Both the position numbers and the translations under genes were made by a program. From positions 1 to 47,439 of the forward strand of contig MCFE01000672.1 of the NCBI GenBank assembly GCA_002104905.1: a stretch of DNA of 47,439 nt. Reading direction: 5' to 3'. This document shows, piece by piece, positions 36,473 to 47,439 of this stretch. The DNA is from Basidiobolus meristosporus CBS 931.73 (taxonomy: Eukaryota; Fungi; Basidiobolomycota). Position 1 is the stretch's first letter. Each line of letters starts with the position of its first letter. The notes under the pieces are model-generated. The model did not search any database. It was not told where the DNA came from and saw only the letters and a list, made by a program, of their open reading frames with translations.

Positions 36473-39113
36473 TTTATTCAGTAGAATGGAGAAAGAGAGA
36501 GGGTGATGACTAGCTAAACTGAACTGAACAAGGGCTCTAAGCCTCTAGAAAAAGCATCGATTCCTTATATACACGTCTCTATATCCAGAGGGATGCCAAA
36601 AAGGGAGGGCCCACAAACGTGAACAAGAATAGCCAATGAATTTTTGCCAAAGATTTACAGCATTCCACAATGTCCATCACTACACATTATTGGCAATTTA
36701 TTATGCGCTTTTAAGAAGACGAGGCATATAACAGGGGATGCTCGACTTATCGTCAGCTCAATACCAATTAATTATTTAGATCAATTGGGATGCAGGTATT
36801 CTTCATGAAGTGAGGCAAGATGGATCACCGTGATATTTTTAATGACTTGGTCTTATTCGACCCAAGTCTAGATTCGTCCAGTCAACACTCACTATCACAC
36901 GTTTCCGAGACATGACACATGAGCACGAAACAATACCTTGGTGCGAATTGTGCCAAACAGCCATGGTACCCTCAACAGTAGAATTAGCATCTAATTAAAC
37001 AGAGACCAGTCATGGTAATCGGCATTGGATAATCTGCTAGTTAAATATATGATTTATTATGGAAGGTAATACGAATGGCTTGATAATCCTCTGGATTGGA
37101 GATAAGCAGTGCCCAAGATGTTAGATAATCAACGAAGTCAGGGGATCCAGCAATGTGAGGAACGGAAGCGCCGTTACCTGTGGTTTGGTAAGTTCTCACT
37201 TCATTGCCGAGTATCTCACTGGAGGTGATAGGTGGAACCATGGCCTGATTTTCCACGGCCCTCTGAGTGGCAATCCGCCGTCTTCGACGCCTGTTGACCT
37301 GGGGTAGTATTAAACAACGTAGAATGCTAATAGTAACAGATGGACATTGGCGACTCTGTACTCAGATGTTTATCCGATTTGTGACCGTGCTGGTAGGACA
37401 GTGCAGGCTATAAACAAACCTTAGTTCGCGAGAGTGAACTTGCCATTTAATCTGTATAATTAAATGAGTGGTGCTTTCTCTGGCACGTGAGTAACAGTCG
37501 TCAAAGTTACCATATCTGCCATTTATTTGGAAAGAGGCAATGGATTGTTGGACAAGGGAGGTACAAATCCGTGGTAACCCAATGGATTTTGCGAGGATCA
37601 GTTCGTCACACTAGATCCAGCTGAGCAGCAAGATACCCACGAATACCCGTTCTCACGATAGCGAATACGATGTACTGTGCACCATGAAATACCGAACATC
37701 CTGTTGCTGCTTGTATGGCCAGATGACAATGGTCTCATGTGGGGAAAGCAAGTAGTTTCTGGCTTGGTCGAAAAAGTATAGATTACCCAATACAAGTGGT
37801 CGGTTGATCAGGATCAATGGAAGCTGGCATGGGTAAGAGGTGTGTGCCAAGCTGAGATCTCTGTGAGTACTGGCTATGGAAGCTCCGAGACAGCCAAGAG
37901 ATCCAAACTCTGATGGCGTCGGAGGCTCCTCACAGTTACTCTGTTGCCGTTGCTAAACATGTGCACAGGCTCTCCCTGAATCTGGTTCTCATACAACAGC
38001 AGCCCCTCTGTTGCAAACCGCTTTCCAAGGCAATCGAGTCTTTGGCGCTCTCTTGTATTGTGCATGATAGGCAGGGCGGTAATTTGCTTTGATTGAGGGG
38101 GAAATGCTCAGCTCGAGACAGTATTCATTTACTAACCCGGTCAACTCTACTTCTAATCGACCTGACCATTTGAAAACGAGCTTCATCATGAGCCAATCGA
38201 TTCTCCCTTGCAACATTTAGGTGCTAATTCCCCATTAGGCTTCTTGGTTCTCCTAATTGAGACAATCCAGGTCTCTTCCTCACTATTTGCCCCATCTTCT
38301 ATACCCCTGAGCTGTAGTACACTGACTGCCATATCTAAACTACGTCTTATTATTACCGAACATTTGGTTATCAAAGTACATCTCCCATCGAGTTCCAGGG
38401 CGGTATGGAATGCTAAGGATAGCTAAACCAGCGTTCGCATTTCAGGGTCAACGGCGGGCTAGGCAGGGGGGTTGGACAGTGATATGGCACCCGGAGCGTA
38501 GAAGATTCAACTCAACCATCTGGCAAAAGTTGCTTGGGTTGATTCTCCAGGTGCAGTAAATTAGTTAAGAACGGTTTCTCAATACTGCAACAAGACTCAA
38601 ATGCTAACTTTACCCACCTATTGGCAATTTATCCATGTTTACTGTGTGCATTACAATGTCCAATTCGATTTGAAAGCATGTGTTGGTATTGGGATGTAGA
38701 TACGCCTGATGCTGGTGAAACTGTGTTATGTGTAACTGCGATGTCGCTAACCACTGGTGTGCATACCTATCTGAAGAACTAGTTTTCTAACACTAGTGTT
38801 GTCAAAATTGGCTTGGATTTGTTTGCTCCTTAATCTAGGGCAAATAGAACACCTATCAGTCACCAGGATGTTGTGCATAAGAATTCAGTATTATATCAAG
38901 ATTCAATTTGCATTAATCTAGCGGATTCTCTCCACTCCCTATGTATTTTTGGAAACACATTAAATGGATGCTTCTTTAAAATATCAACTCTTCGCTTATA
39001 TAGGACACTGCTGATATCTTCTATTCTTAGTTGGCAGAAATCCTATGATTTGACACCTACCAAGTTCTAGTCAACTACTTGATATTGTCTTATCTGAATC
39101 CATATGTTGGATT

Positions 39114-39908
39114 TGTTGAAAATTTTGTAATTGCACCTAAATAGTCATCTAACTTGGTCACTTGGATCATTTCCTGCAAATCTTAGAGAAATCTGCCCAA
39201 GTTCCTTGTCAGGATATATTTGGAATATTTTCACCAAAATATTAGGTACCCAGTACATAAAATACCTCAAAGCTGCCTAAGCAGCCCTAAACTTTGCACA
39301 CATCTTCTTGTGAACTTCCTAGGCATATTCTATGTGTTTGTTTTGACACCATTGGTATGTATACAAACTACTTTTACATTCAATTAAGCATCAAGTAAAA
39401 ACCATGTAGTCCGCTTGTTATCCTAATCTCCACCAATATCATCAAGACTCTTAGAACAGGTTATAAGCCCCAGGCTGTCACTTGCTGGCATATGTATTAC
39501 TGCTAATACCTGAATTATCCCATCTGCTAAAATTTGAATGCATCTAACTACCAAGTTTGTGTTGCAATATTCTGAGGAGTATTGGAATTGATGTGGAGAA
39601 CTAAAGGATTTACATGTTATTCACTTTTAGATTTATTGATCAAAAGTATGGTATTTATACTTTTGATAGAGTAGAGAGAACAAACGTGCAGAGTTTGTTA
39701 AGGAAGGTCCCAAGAATATGTGTGCAAAGTTTGGGGTCTTTTGGATGACTTTGAGAAAAATAATAATCTGGGTACCTGACAATTTGGTGAAAATATTCTA
39801 AGTAAATCCCGACAAGAAATCTGGTCAGGACAGAATGCTAGTCACTGTATAAGATCTATGTGACTAAGTTAGCATGAATATTTAGGTGACAACTCAATAA
39901 TTACAACA
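39114..39908. mobile_element. ~795-bp imperfect palindrome (foldback/long-TIR element or two inverted LTR fragments) bounded by TGTTG...CAACA
   Basis: The left arm (~39114-39460) aligns with the reverse complement of ~39560-39908; shared blocks include cacctaaata, aggtacccag, aaactttgcacacat and ctccac. Confidence 0.75.
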
Positions 39909-40470
39909 GTTTGGAAGGTGAGGGTGAAGATGCTGCTACAGGAAAGTGGCCACTGAGGTATTGTCATGGAAGAAGAATGTGCTCCTAAAGATGTAGGAGA
40001 AGCCTTAACATATCAATAGAGAAAACAAAGTGCTCTTGAAAGTATATGCCTTAATGTCAAAGAAATAATGCTATTTCAAGGCTCCAGAGCAAAAATTGCT
40101 AAGAATATATGGAATGCATTAGATGATACCTACCAGTCATGCTTAGCTGCTAAGAGAATGAATACTAGTCATAAATATTTTGATATAAAGATGCTTTCAT
40201 GACAAGAAACAAAAAATTTAATCACCAGAATCACCCTGTTGGTTGAAAATGCGGCATCAGTGTGCATACAAAGTGTTGATGAAGATGAACTAGTTGCCAT
40301 CCTGAATAGCCAGATAGACAACCCTCAGGGTGTTGTATCAGCACAAGAGTTCAGAACTAAAGACTTGACTTCAAACATGCATACAGGAGGATCATTGATG
40401 GAATATTAAGAAAATCAAGCATTGATAGGAAGAAAGAAGAAATTGCTTTGATCAGAGAAAATAGTCACCA
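39909..40470 (+). mobile_element. Second decayed copy of the copia gag region
   Basis: tggaaggtgagg..gatgct..ctaca, attgtcatgg, gacacc/gatacc taccagtcatgct, and agaatcaccctg..ggt match positions 8-600. Confidence 0.88.
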
Positions 40471-40475
40471 CTTAA

Positions 40476-41156
40476 GGGGAGGGAAAGTCACCAAGGTAAG
40501 TGAAATCTTTATTTGATTTCAGACAAGTCTAACTACAAATAAAGAAGCCAGCTGGGAATAGAAGATTCCCAAAGTAAACACTAAGTTGAATATAAATAAA
40601 TCTAAGCTAAAGTTAAGGCAGTATCCCAGAGTACACTGGAGTTCAGGTTCATGGGAGAGTGAGGTAGATAAGCTTGATATATATAATAATCTTTGAGGAA
40701 GGGGGGATGAAAGTCACCAAGTGGTGAAATCTTTATTTACTTATGACAAGTATCTAAAGAAGCTAAGTTAATCTGTAGTTATTCCTAGAAAGCTAGGTCT
40801 GAGAGGTATCTTCCTGGTAAGCCAGGTCTGAGAGTTGAGAAGCTGAGTGGTACTGTACTTCCTAGTTAGCTAGGTCTGAGAGAGGTTTCCTGGAAAGCCA
40901 GGCCTGAGAAGTGAGAATCTGAATATATCTGAGCTAAGTTTTATTGGTTTGCGGTTGCTGAATTGTGGCCGGAAAGGCCAGTAGACTGGTGGAACTGAGA
41001 TGAATTTCTGGGCAATCACTGGCCAAATTTACTAGGTAAATCTGGCCAATTAGCATTTCAAGGATTTCAGCCAATCAGAGCCTTTACTTTGCCCAATGGT
41101 TGATCAAGCCATCTCCTAATGAGCACACATCAATTTATTAATCAAATTTAGGGTTA
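40476..41156 (-). mobile_element. Two non-coding segments, each ending in the same 3' terminus as the adjacent LINE (truncated LINEs or SINE-like partners)
   Basis: The motif G-run..AGTCACCAA..GTGAAATCTTTATTT recurs at ~40476-40514, 40701-40738 and 41157-41197. There is an internal ~75-bp duplication at 40789-40925. Confidence 0.6.
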
Positions 41157-42669
41157 GGGGGGGGGGAGACAGTCACCAACAGGTGAAATCTTTATTTCAG
41201 TTGAAACAAAGAAGCCAGCGCTACTGATGTAGCTTTGATACAAGAGTGTGTAGCTGAGGGGAATTTGTAGGTAAGTTAATAAGAAGTGATGATAGTTCTT
41301 CAGTGCTCAAGACACTGTTCAGTGGGAAGGGGGGTAGCAAGTGAGGTAAGAATGACTTGTAAACAACATTAATGAGGGGAATGTGATAAGGATTGATATT
41401 CATCATAAAGGGAGTGTGCTGCTGCAGATATTACTGCCAAAGGTCTGCAAGTACTTCAGGTAGGCCAGCTTGGGTTTTTCTGACTGCAGAATATAGTGAG
41501 CAAACTTCTTGACTTCAGGATCTCCAAGTATAGATCTCCAGCAGGAGCCAGGTGTTGTGTGGTGTGTTCTCTTCCAGGCCTTAATCAGTGGGTTGTTGCA
41601 GTTGTGAAGTCTGAGGTATAATCTGGTTCTAAGGTAGAGAAGTCTGATCTTATAGGGCATAAACCCAAAAGCACCAAGAATAGCATGTCTGTAGGGGCAT
41701 TCAGGCAAATGAGGCACCAAGGAGGTAATGCACCATACTGCAAACTTGTCAAGCTTAGTGCAGTCTCTAGAAGTACAAGAGAGAAGTGGTAAGCCAAATT
41801 CCAGGACAGGTAAGACAAACTGCTTGAGTAGAAGGAGGCAGCTGGGAGCTGAAGTTGTAGGAGGAGTAACAGCCAGTAGCTTGTGGAGTGCCTGTCTTGC
41901 CAGTATAATTCTCTTCTTCAGGTGTGCTCCAGAGTCTAGTCCAGTAGGAAGGAAAGGAAAGCCAAGATATGTAGCAGAAACCTGAGCAGGTAGAGTGGAG
42001 TTCCCCAAGTTGATGGGAGAGCCCAAAGGTACTGTCTTTGCAATGGAAAGCTGGAGATTATTCTTCTGCAGATACTGGTGGATGGTCTGGGAGTCTTGTT
42101 GCACATTGGAGGAGGATATTCTGATGTCATCAGCAAAGAGAGTAACCAGGCAGTCAGCTGAGAGTCTTGGGAAATCATTCAGGAAGATGGCAAACAGTAT
42201 AGGACCAAGCACAGAGCCTTGAACCACTCCATTAGGAACTGAGAACACAGCTGATTGCTCACTTGGGTGCAGAATTCTTGCTTGTGGATCCAAAAACAGA
42301 GACCTGACAAGGAGGGTGAGAGAGGTACTGGAGAAGCATTGCAACTTGGACCAAAGCAGATTTCTGTCAATGGAATCAAAGGCCTTAGTAATATCAAACA
42401 GAACAGAGGGATACTTGCACTGGAGAGAGTGATCTTGGCTAAGTATGACTGCATATTCCAAGGAGGGGCCAAGAACAAAGCCAAACTGTGCAGGATGAAA
42501 CTTGAGGGAGTCAGAGTAGAGCTCCTGAGCAAGCAGAAGCTCAAACACCTTTCTGCAGGTGGGCAGCAGAGATATTGGCCTGTAGAAGCTAGGGTCCAGG
42601 TGCTTTCCTTTACCCTTGTACTGTGGCAGAACATTTGCAAAGGACCATTCCTCAGGAGTAGAAAGCTGG
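41157..42669 (-). mobile_element. Non-LTR retrotransposon (LINE-type reverse transcriptase), cut at its 5' side by an LTR element
   Basis: Open frame 42668-41403: PEEW..ANVLPQYKGKG..DPSFYRPISLL, QFGF, DITKAFDSI, GVVQGSVLGPILF, FADD, YLGF. AATAAA on the minus strand at 41196-41191. Confidence 0.93.
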
Positions 42670-43077
42670 TGTTGTGCATCAACATGTACAACTTAGCCAA
42701 TTTTACTCCGTTTGAAAATCTAGTACCCTAACTGATCTTCCCTAACCCAAACATAACAAATCCCAGTTACAGTTTATTTTATCCCACCTCAGAATCTATT
42801 TTTAGCTATCACACCTGGTCTATTGTCAAATGGTCATTACGTTATCAACCTATCTGCCAAGCCTTCCCAGGTGATTAGTCATCTGAGATCTATCCAACCA
42901 CTGTGCAGTTGCCAAGATATCAGTTGATTGATGATGTAATTTTCATTTATCTTATGCACCTATGAACACCCAAATTGATTTCAATCAATCCAGTCCCGTG
43001 GCGCTTACTAATTCAACTTGATCAGAAAAGTATAAATAAAGTTTACTGAACCTTTTGGTTTAGTGTGTGTCTCAACA
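42670..43077 (+). repeat. 5' LTR of the outer Ty3/gypsy copy
   Basis: Starts TGTTG, ends CAACA, contains AATAAA near 43035, and is repeated 858 bp downstream. Confidence 0.75.
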
Positions 43078-43527
43078 AAATTAAGATTCTGTCTCAGCAA
43101 AAATAAGAATCCAACAATTCCATTCTAGTTTCTATCCAAGCCTAGTATATCTAGCACTCCAAAGAACACCAAGCCTAGCCTGCCTAGCAAGCAAATATCA
43201 TTGTCTTTATAGCCAACCCAGCTATATCCAAGACCAATATTAGATCAGAATCTTTCTGCTAATATTTCTGCCACTCTCTGACAATTTTAAGATTCTGCAC
43301 TTAATTGTCCCTTTGGTTCAGTTAAACCATTCAAGAGTTTTATTACCCTTTCTCTTGGATACAACATTTTTTTTTGTTGAATTCCATTACATTCAGCCGA
43401 TTAGAAGATGTCTGCAGCAGCAAGCAATCCAAACCTTTCCATGTTGGAAGAAGCCAAAAGAAATCAGGAAGAACTTACTGAGCAGCTTGAAAACATCATG
43501 CTTGAAAGAAACACCATGATGCTTGAG

Positions 43528-43935
43528 TGTTGTGCATCAACATTTAAAACTTAGCCAATTTTACTCCGTTTGAAAATCTAGTACCCTAACTGATTTTGCC
43601 TAACCCAAACATAACAAATACCAGTTACAGTTGATTTTATCCCACCTCAGAATCTATTTTTAGCTATCACACCTGATCTATTTTCAAGTGGTCATTACAT
43701 TATCAACCTATCTGCCAAGCCTTCCCAGGTGATTAGTCATCTGAGATCTATCCAACCACTGTGCAATTGCCAAGACATCAGTTGATTGATGATGTAATTT
43801 TCATTTATCTTATGCACCTATGAACACCCAAATTGATTTCAATCAATCCAGTCCCTTGGCGCTTACTAATTCAACATGATCAGAAAAGTATAAATAAAGT
43901 TTACTGAACCTTTTGGTTTAGTGTGTGTCTCAACA
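43528..43935 (+). repeat. 5' LTR of the inner Ty3/gypsy copy
   Basis: Near-identical to 42670-43077 with the same TGTTG...CAACA ends. Confidence 0.75.
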
Positions 43936-46509
43936 AAATTAAGATTCTGTCTTAGCAAAAATAAGAATCCAACAATTCCGTTCTAGTTTCTACCCAAGCC
44001 TAGTATATCTAGCACTCCAAAGAACACCAAGCCTAGCCTGCCTAGCAAACAAGTATCATTGACTTTATAGCCAACCCAGCTATATCCAAGACCAATATTA
44101 GATCATAATCTTTCTGCTAATATTTCCGCCACTCTCTGACAATTTTAAGATTCTGCACTTAATTGTCCCTTTGGTTCAGTTAAACCATTCAAGAGTTTTA
44201 TTACCCTTTCTCTTGGATACAACATTTTTTTTTGTTGAATTCCATTACATTCAGCCAATTAGAAGATGTCCACAGCAGCAAGCAATCCAAACCTTTCCGT
44301 GTTGGAAGAAGCCAGAAGAAATCAGGAAGAACTTACTGAACAGCTTGAAAACATCATGCTTGAAAGAAACACCATGATGCTTGAGCACTCAAAGCTTGCC
44401 AAAACAAGAACTGATAATCACCGTAGAGATGAACTCCTTGAAGTTATATCCCGTTACCAAGATGAAATTGGAATAATTAAGGAAGCACTGGAGAATATTG
44501 CCATAGTAATTGACAGCATTGAAAATCCGCCAAACCTTGCTCTGCATCAGCCACCAAGAAGTCATGCCTCTGAATCCTCCAGATCTACATCTCCTTCTAG
44601 ACCTGCCCTGGTGGTTGTCCCAAGATCCTTGCCTGTTTATGCTGAAGGCACCAATGCCATCAAGAATCCAACTGAGTTTCTTTACAAGTTTAGTCACGTC
44701 TTAGCTGCACACCAGCTAGACCCTGACACCAACTGGGCTAGACTCCTGCCTCTCTGTCTCACAATGCAAGATGCTGACTGGGTTGAAGTGAACATTCCTT
44801 CCAATAGTACGTGGAAAATTGCCCAAAACCTCTTTTGCAGCCATTTTGAAGATCCTATCAAGAAAGCACATCTGAACTGCAACTTATGGAAAACTAAAAT
44901 GCAAAAAGGTGAATCCATACAACACTTCTGTGATAGATTCCAAAGACAAATGTGATTAGCTGGAGTTAGTGATGATAATCCATCGCTTACTGCTCATTTT
45001 CTTTCAAACTTTTCACACCAGCTACAGAGCAATATTGCTATTGTCAAAGCATGCAACCCTGCATGTATCTATGACCAGATCTCAGAGATATGTACACTGG
45101 CAATCACCTTGACTGCAGCTGTTAGCCAGACTTCAGGCAACTCAACCCAAGATCCCACAACAGCCGGAAAAGAGACCAGTCATGTGACCAAGAAGCAGAC
45201 AACCACTACCAAGCACTGTGAGCTTCATGGAAAATGCTATCATTCTACCAGTGAATGCAAAGGCATCACCAAGCAGTCAAACAAGTCAGGAAACACCTCA
45301 GAAAAGCAGCAAAACACCAAAACTGATAATTGATATGCTGATGACAAGTGCTTTAAATGTGGAAATATGGGACATAGATCACCTGCCTGTCCTGAGAAGA
45401 AATCCACACCATCAGCCAAAATTATCCAGATCCTTGATGATCATTCAGCCAATGATACAATGGGGTATGAAGAAGCATATGAAGAACTTACAGTTCAAGA
45501 TTATCACAACCTCTTTGAGTTTCCGGCTAAAATTGCAACTGTTCAAGAAAAAAAGCAACCAATCACACAGCTCAAAGCCATAGAAGTGCCACTCACCCTC
45601 AATGGCCAATCATACGTAGCACTACTGGATACTGGATCTTCCAACTCTGTTGTATCACCCAATGTAGTCAGAGAACTCAATTTGGAGATAGAAAATGACC
45701 AGGAAAAATCATTCTTGCAGCTAAGGATCTCTCAGCCCCAAGAATTGGCATTACCAACCCAATCAATATACATTGTGGCTCAGTGACCATAATCCATCAG
45801 ATGGAAGTTATTGACATACTAGATGGACCTCAGGTAGTCATTGGTCTGGACACCTTCACCAAACTTGGCTTTCACATAGGCAGACTACCAGTTTCCTATC
45901 CATGAATCATTAAATCTCAGCTGCTCATAATGGATCAAATCCCAGTGATTATCTCATCCCAACCGGAAGAAGAAGAGTTAACCCCAACTTTTCAAGAATA
46001 TTCTCAATCAGTCAAATTGGATATTCAGCCAGCCATAGAGAGAAATCAGGCGATTCCAAGGAACAGCTTCTGCACCATCCCAGAATCCATTGTTACACTA
46101 GAGACCCCACCTGGTGAGTCAACATGGAGGAGGCAATACCCAATTCCGCATTCATGTCAACACTTAGTTGATGAGATAGTCCAAAAATGGGCTGACAATG
46201 GAATTATCACTCAAGCCCCTGTCAACACAACATTCAACAGCCCTTTGACGCTTGCACCAAAGAAAGATGCTGATGGAAATCTAACCCTGAAGAGACCCTG
46301 TTTGGACCCCAGACCTCTGAACAAGCTTCTCCAGGATGACAAGTTTCCAATTCCAAGAATCCAAGATATCTTTTGTGCACTATCAGGAGCAAAAGTATTC
46401 TCCAAGTTGGACTTGAAGGATGCATATCACCAGTTCCAGATCCATCCTGATCATCAGCATAAGACTGCCTTTACTTTGAATAATATGCAATGGACGTTTC
46501 AGGGAGCTC

Positions 46510-47439
46510 TGTTGTGTTGTATTATGATCAGTTTGGGGCTTGTTCTACAATGTAGAGGCTAATCAACAATATACAACAACTTCCAGTATGCTAATACTGA
46601 AATAGTTTATTGGGAGTTTGATATACCGATAGAAGATATAACTTTCACTAATTTCCTCAATCTTGGGCTCAAAATATACTGTAGGCAGTGTTTATCACTT
46701 CTACAGCAGTGTTCTGACCTTCTGTCGACTAATGGGCTTATTTACTTTTATAGTAACTTTTCCTTATTTGGTAGTCACTTTCCTTTCTGAGAAAATATTT
46801 CCTAATATGGAAGTTCTGAACTCCCCTTTAACCTAAAGGGGTGTGTTGTAGAAGTCTCTAAAGGGGTCTTTAGACCTAAAGGGGTGTCTAAAGGGGTGTC
46901 TTTAGAGTAAAGGGGCTTCTTGTAGTGGTCACTAAAGTGGACTTTACACTAAAGGGGTGCCTAAAGGGGCTTCTTTAGAGTAAAGGGGTTTCTTAAAGGG
47001 GTCTTTAGACTAAAGGGGTGTCTAAAGGGGTGTCTTTAGAGTAAAGGGGTTTCTTAGAGGGGACTTTTCCGACAGAAAAGTGGTAGTTTCTTGTAGAACT
47101 TAGATTGGATTCTTGTGAGCTTTGCAGTCTCTTTACTGATGTAGTACCGATCAAAGTCAGAATACTCAACAGTGCAAGTGATGCAGGGGAAGTCTTATAA
47201 CCTTTAAACTTGTAATCGTAGTGTGGAGATTCTGGAAAGAGAGGCTCTCTCTTTATTTTTCAGCTGGGGAAGTCATATATATGAAAATTTTGAAGGATCA
47301 AAGTTTTTGGGCGATTGCGCAAGCAATACACGTGATACGAAGCTAAAATTTTGCAGTGGCGCAGATCGGACATAGGCGCAGAACCTGTGAAAATTTCACG
47401 TGATTGGATTGGCTGGTTCAAAAGTTACACGCGATCAAA
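46510..47439. mobile_element. Unclassified repeat-derived insertion interrupting the gypsy RT
   Basis: RT homology stops abruptly at WTFQGA|TGTTGTG. The following DNA is CpG-poor up to ~47300 and carries a minisatellite. Confidence 0.5.
46822..47065. repeat. TAAAGGGG minisatellite with ~135-bp higher-order periodicity
   Basis: About 12 perfect TAAAGGGG copies plus variants; the block 46859-46922 is repeated at 46994-47056. Confidence 0.9.

Larger units (their letters stand above)
42670..46509 (+). mobile_element. Nested Ty3/gypsy retrotransposons: the outer copy is broken after ~40 gag codons; the inner copy has gag-protease-RT, with RT truncated at 46509
   Basis: Gag starts at 44266. Knuckles CELHGKCYHSTSEC and CFKCGNMGHRSPAC, protease ALLDTGSSNS, RT RRQYPIP/NSPLTLAPKK/CLDPRPLN/FSKLDLKDAYHQ/KTAF. 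TGA stops at 44953 and 45331 and a frameshift near 45705. Confidence 0.93.

Noticed and set aside
37041-38426. Scattered short ORFs upstream of ACS
   Set aside because: No family resemblance in any frame I translated.
40461-40473. Apparent fourth GTCACCA motif
   Set aside because: It aligns with the copia gag sequence (ataatcagcc near 588-598), so it is probably not a LINE end.
41148-41159. TTAGGG x2 as a true telomere
   Set aside because: Only two units, internal to the contig; kept only as context for the LINE 3' end finding.
46822-47065. Possible CRISPR-like array
   Set aside because: Eukaryotic context, units are only ~8-20 nt, there are no unique spacers and no cas genes.

Overview
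Eukaryotic genomic DNA, most likely from an early-diverging fungus (Mucoromycota/Zoopagomycota-like, inferred from 53-72 nt GT-AG introns with CTAAC-type branch points and from the protein families). Twelve host genes were reconstructed by hand: a Mid2-like single-pass protein, a pore-less voltage-sensor-like protein, an SH3-less Sho1-like protein, an intronless bacterial-like NADPH-dependent FMN reductase, a trihelix/Myb-SANT factor, UAP1, HEM12, a FIST-domain protein, ERG25, ARF6, a group II NDP kinase with an N-terminal hydrophobic leader, and acetyl-CoA synthetase. Both ends of the window are transposon-rich: decayed Ty1/copia pieces, a ~795-bp foldback palindrome, a LINE, stacked LINE-type 3' ends, nested Ty3/gypsy copies and a TAAAGGGG hairpin array. 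The transposon DNA is strongly CpG-depleted while host genes are not. The most unusual observations are a LINE RT ORF with no CpG, LINE-family 3' ends made of a hairpin plus a C-run next to telomere-like repeats, a possibly secreted NDP kinase, an ERG25 start codon split by an intron, and a HEM12-FIST-ERG25 neighbourhood. All family assignments are from motif recognition; no database searches were run.
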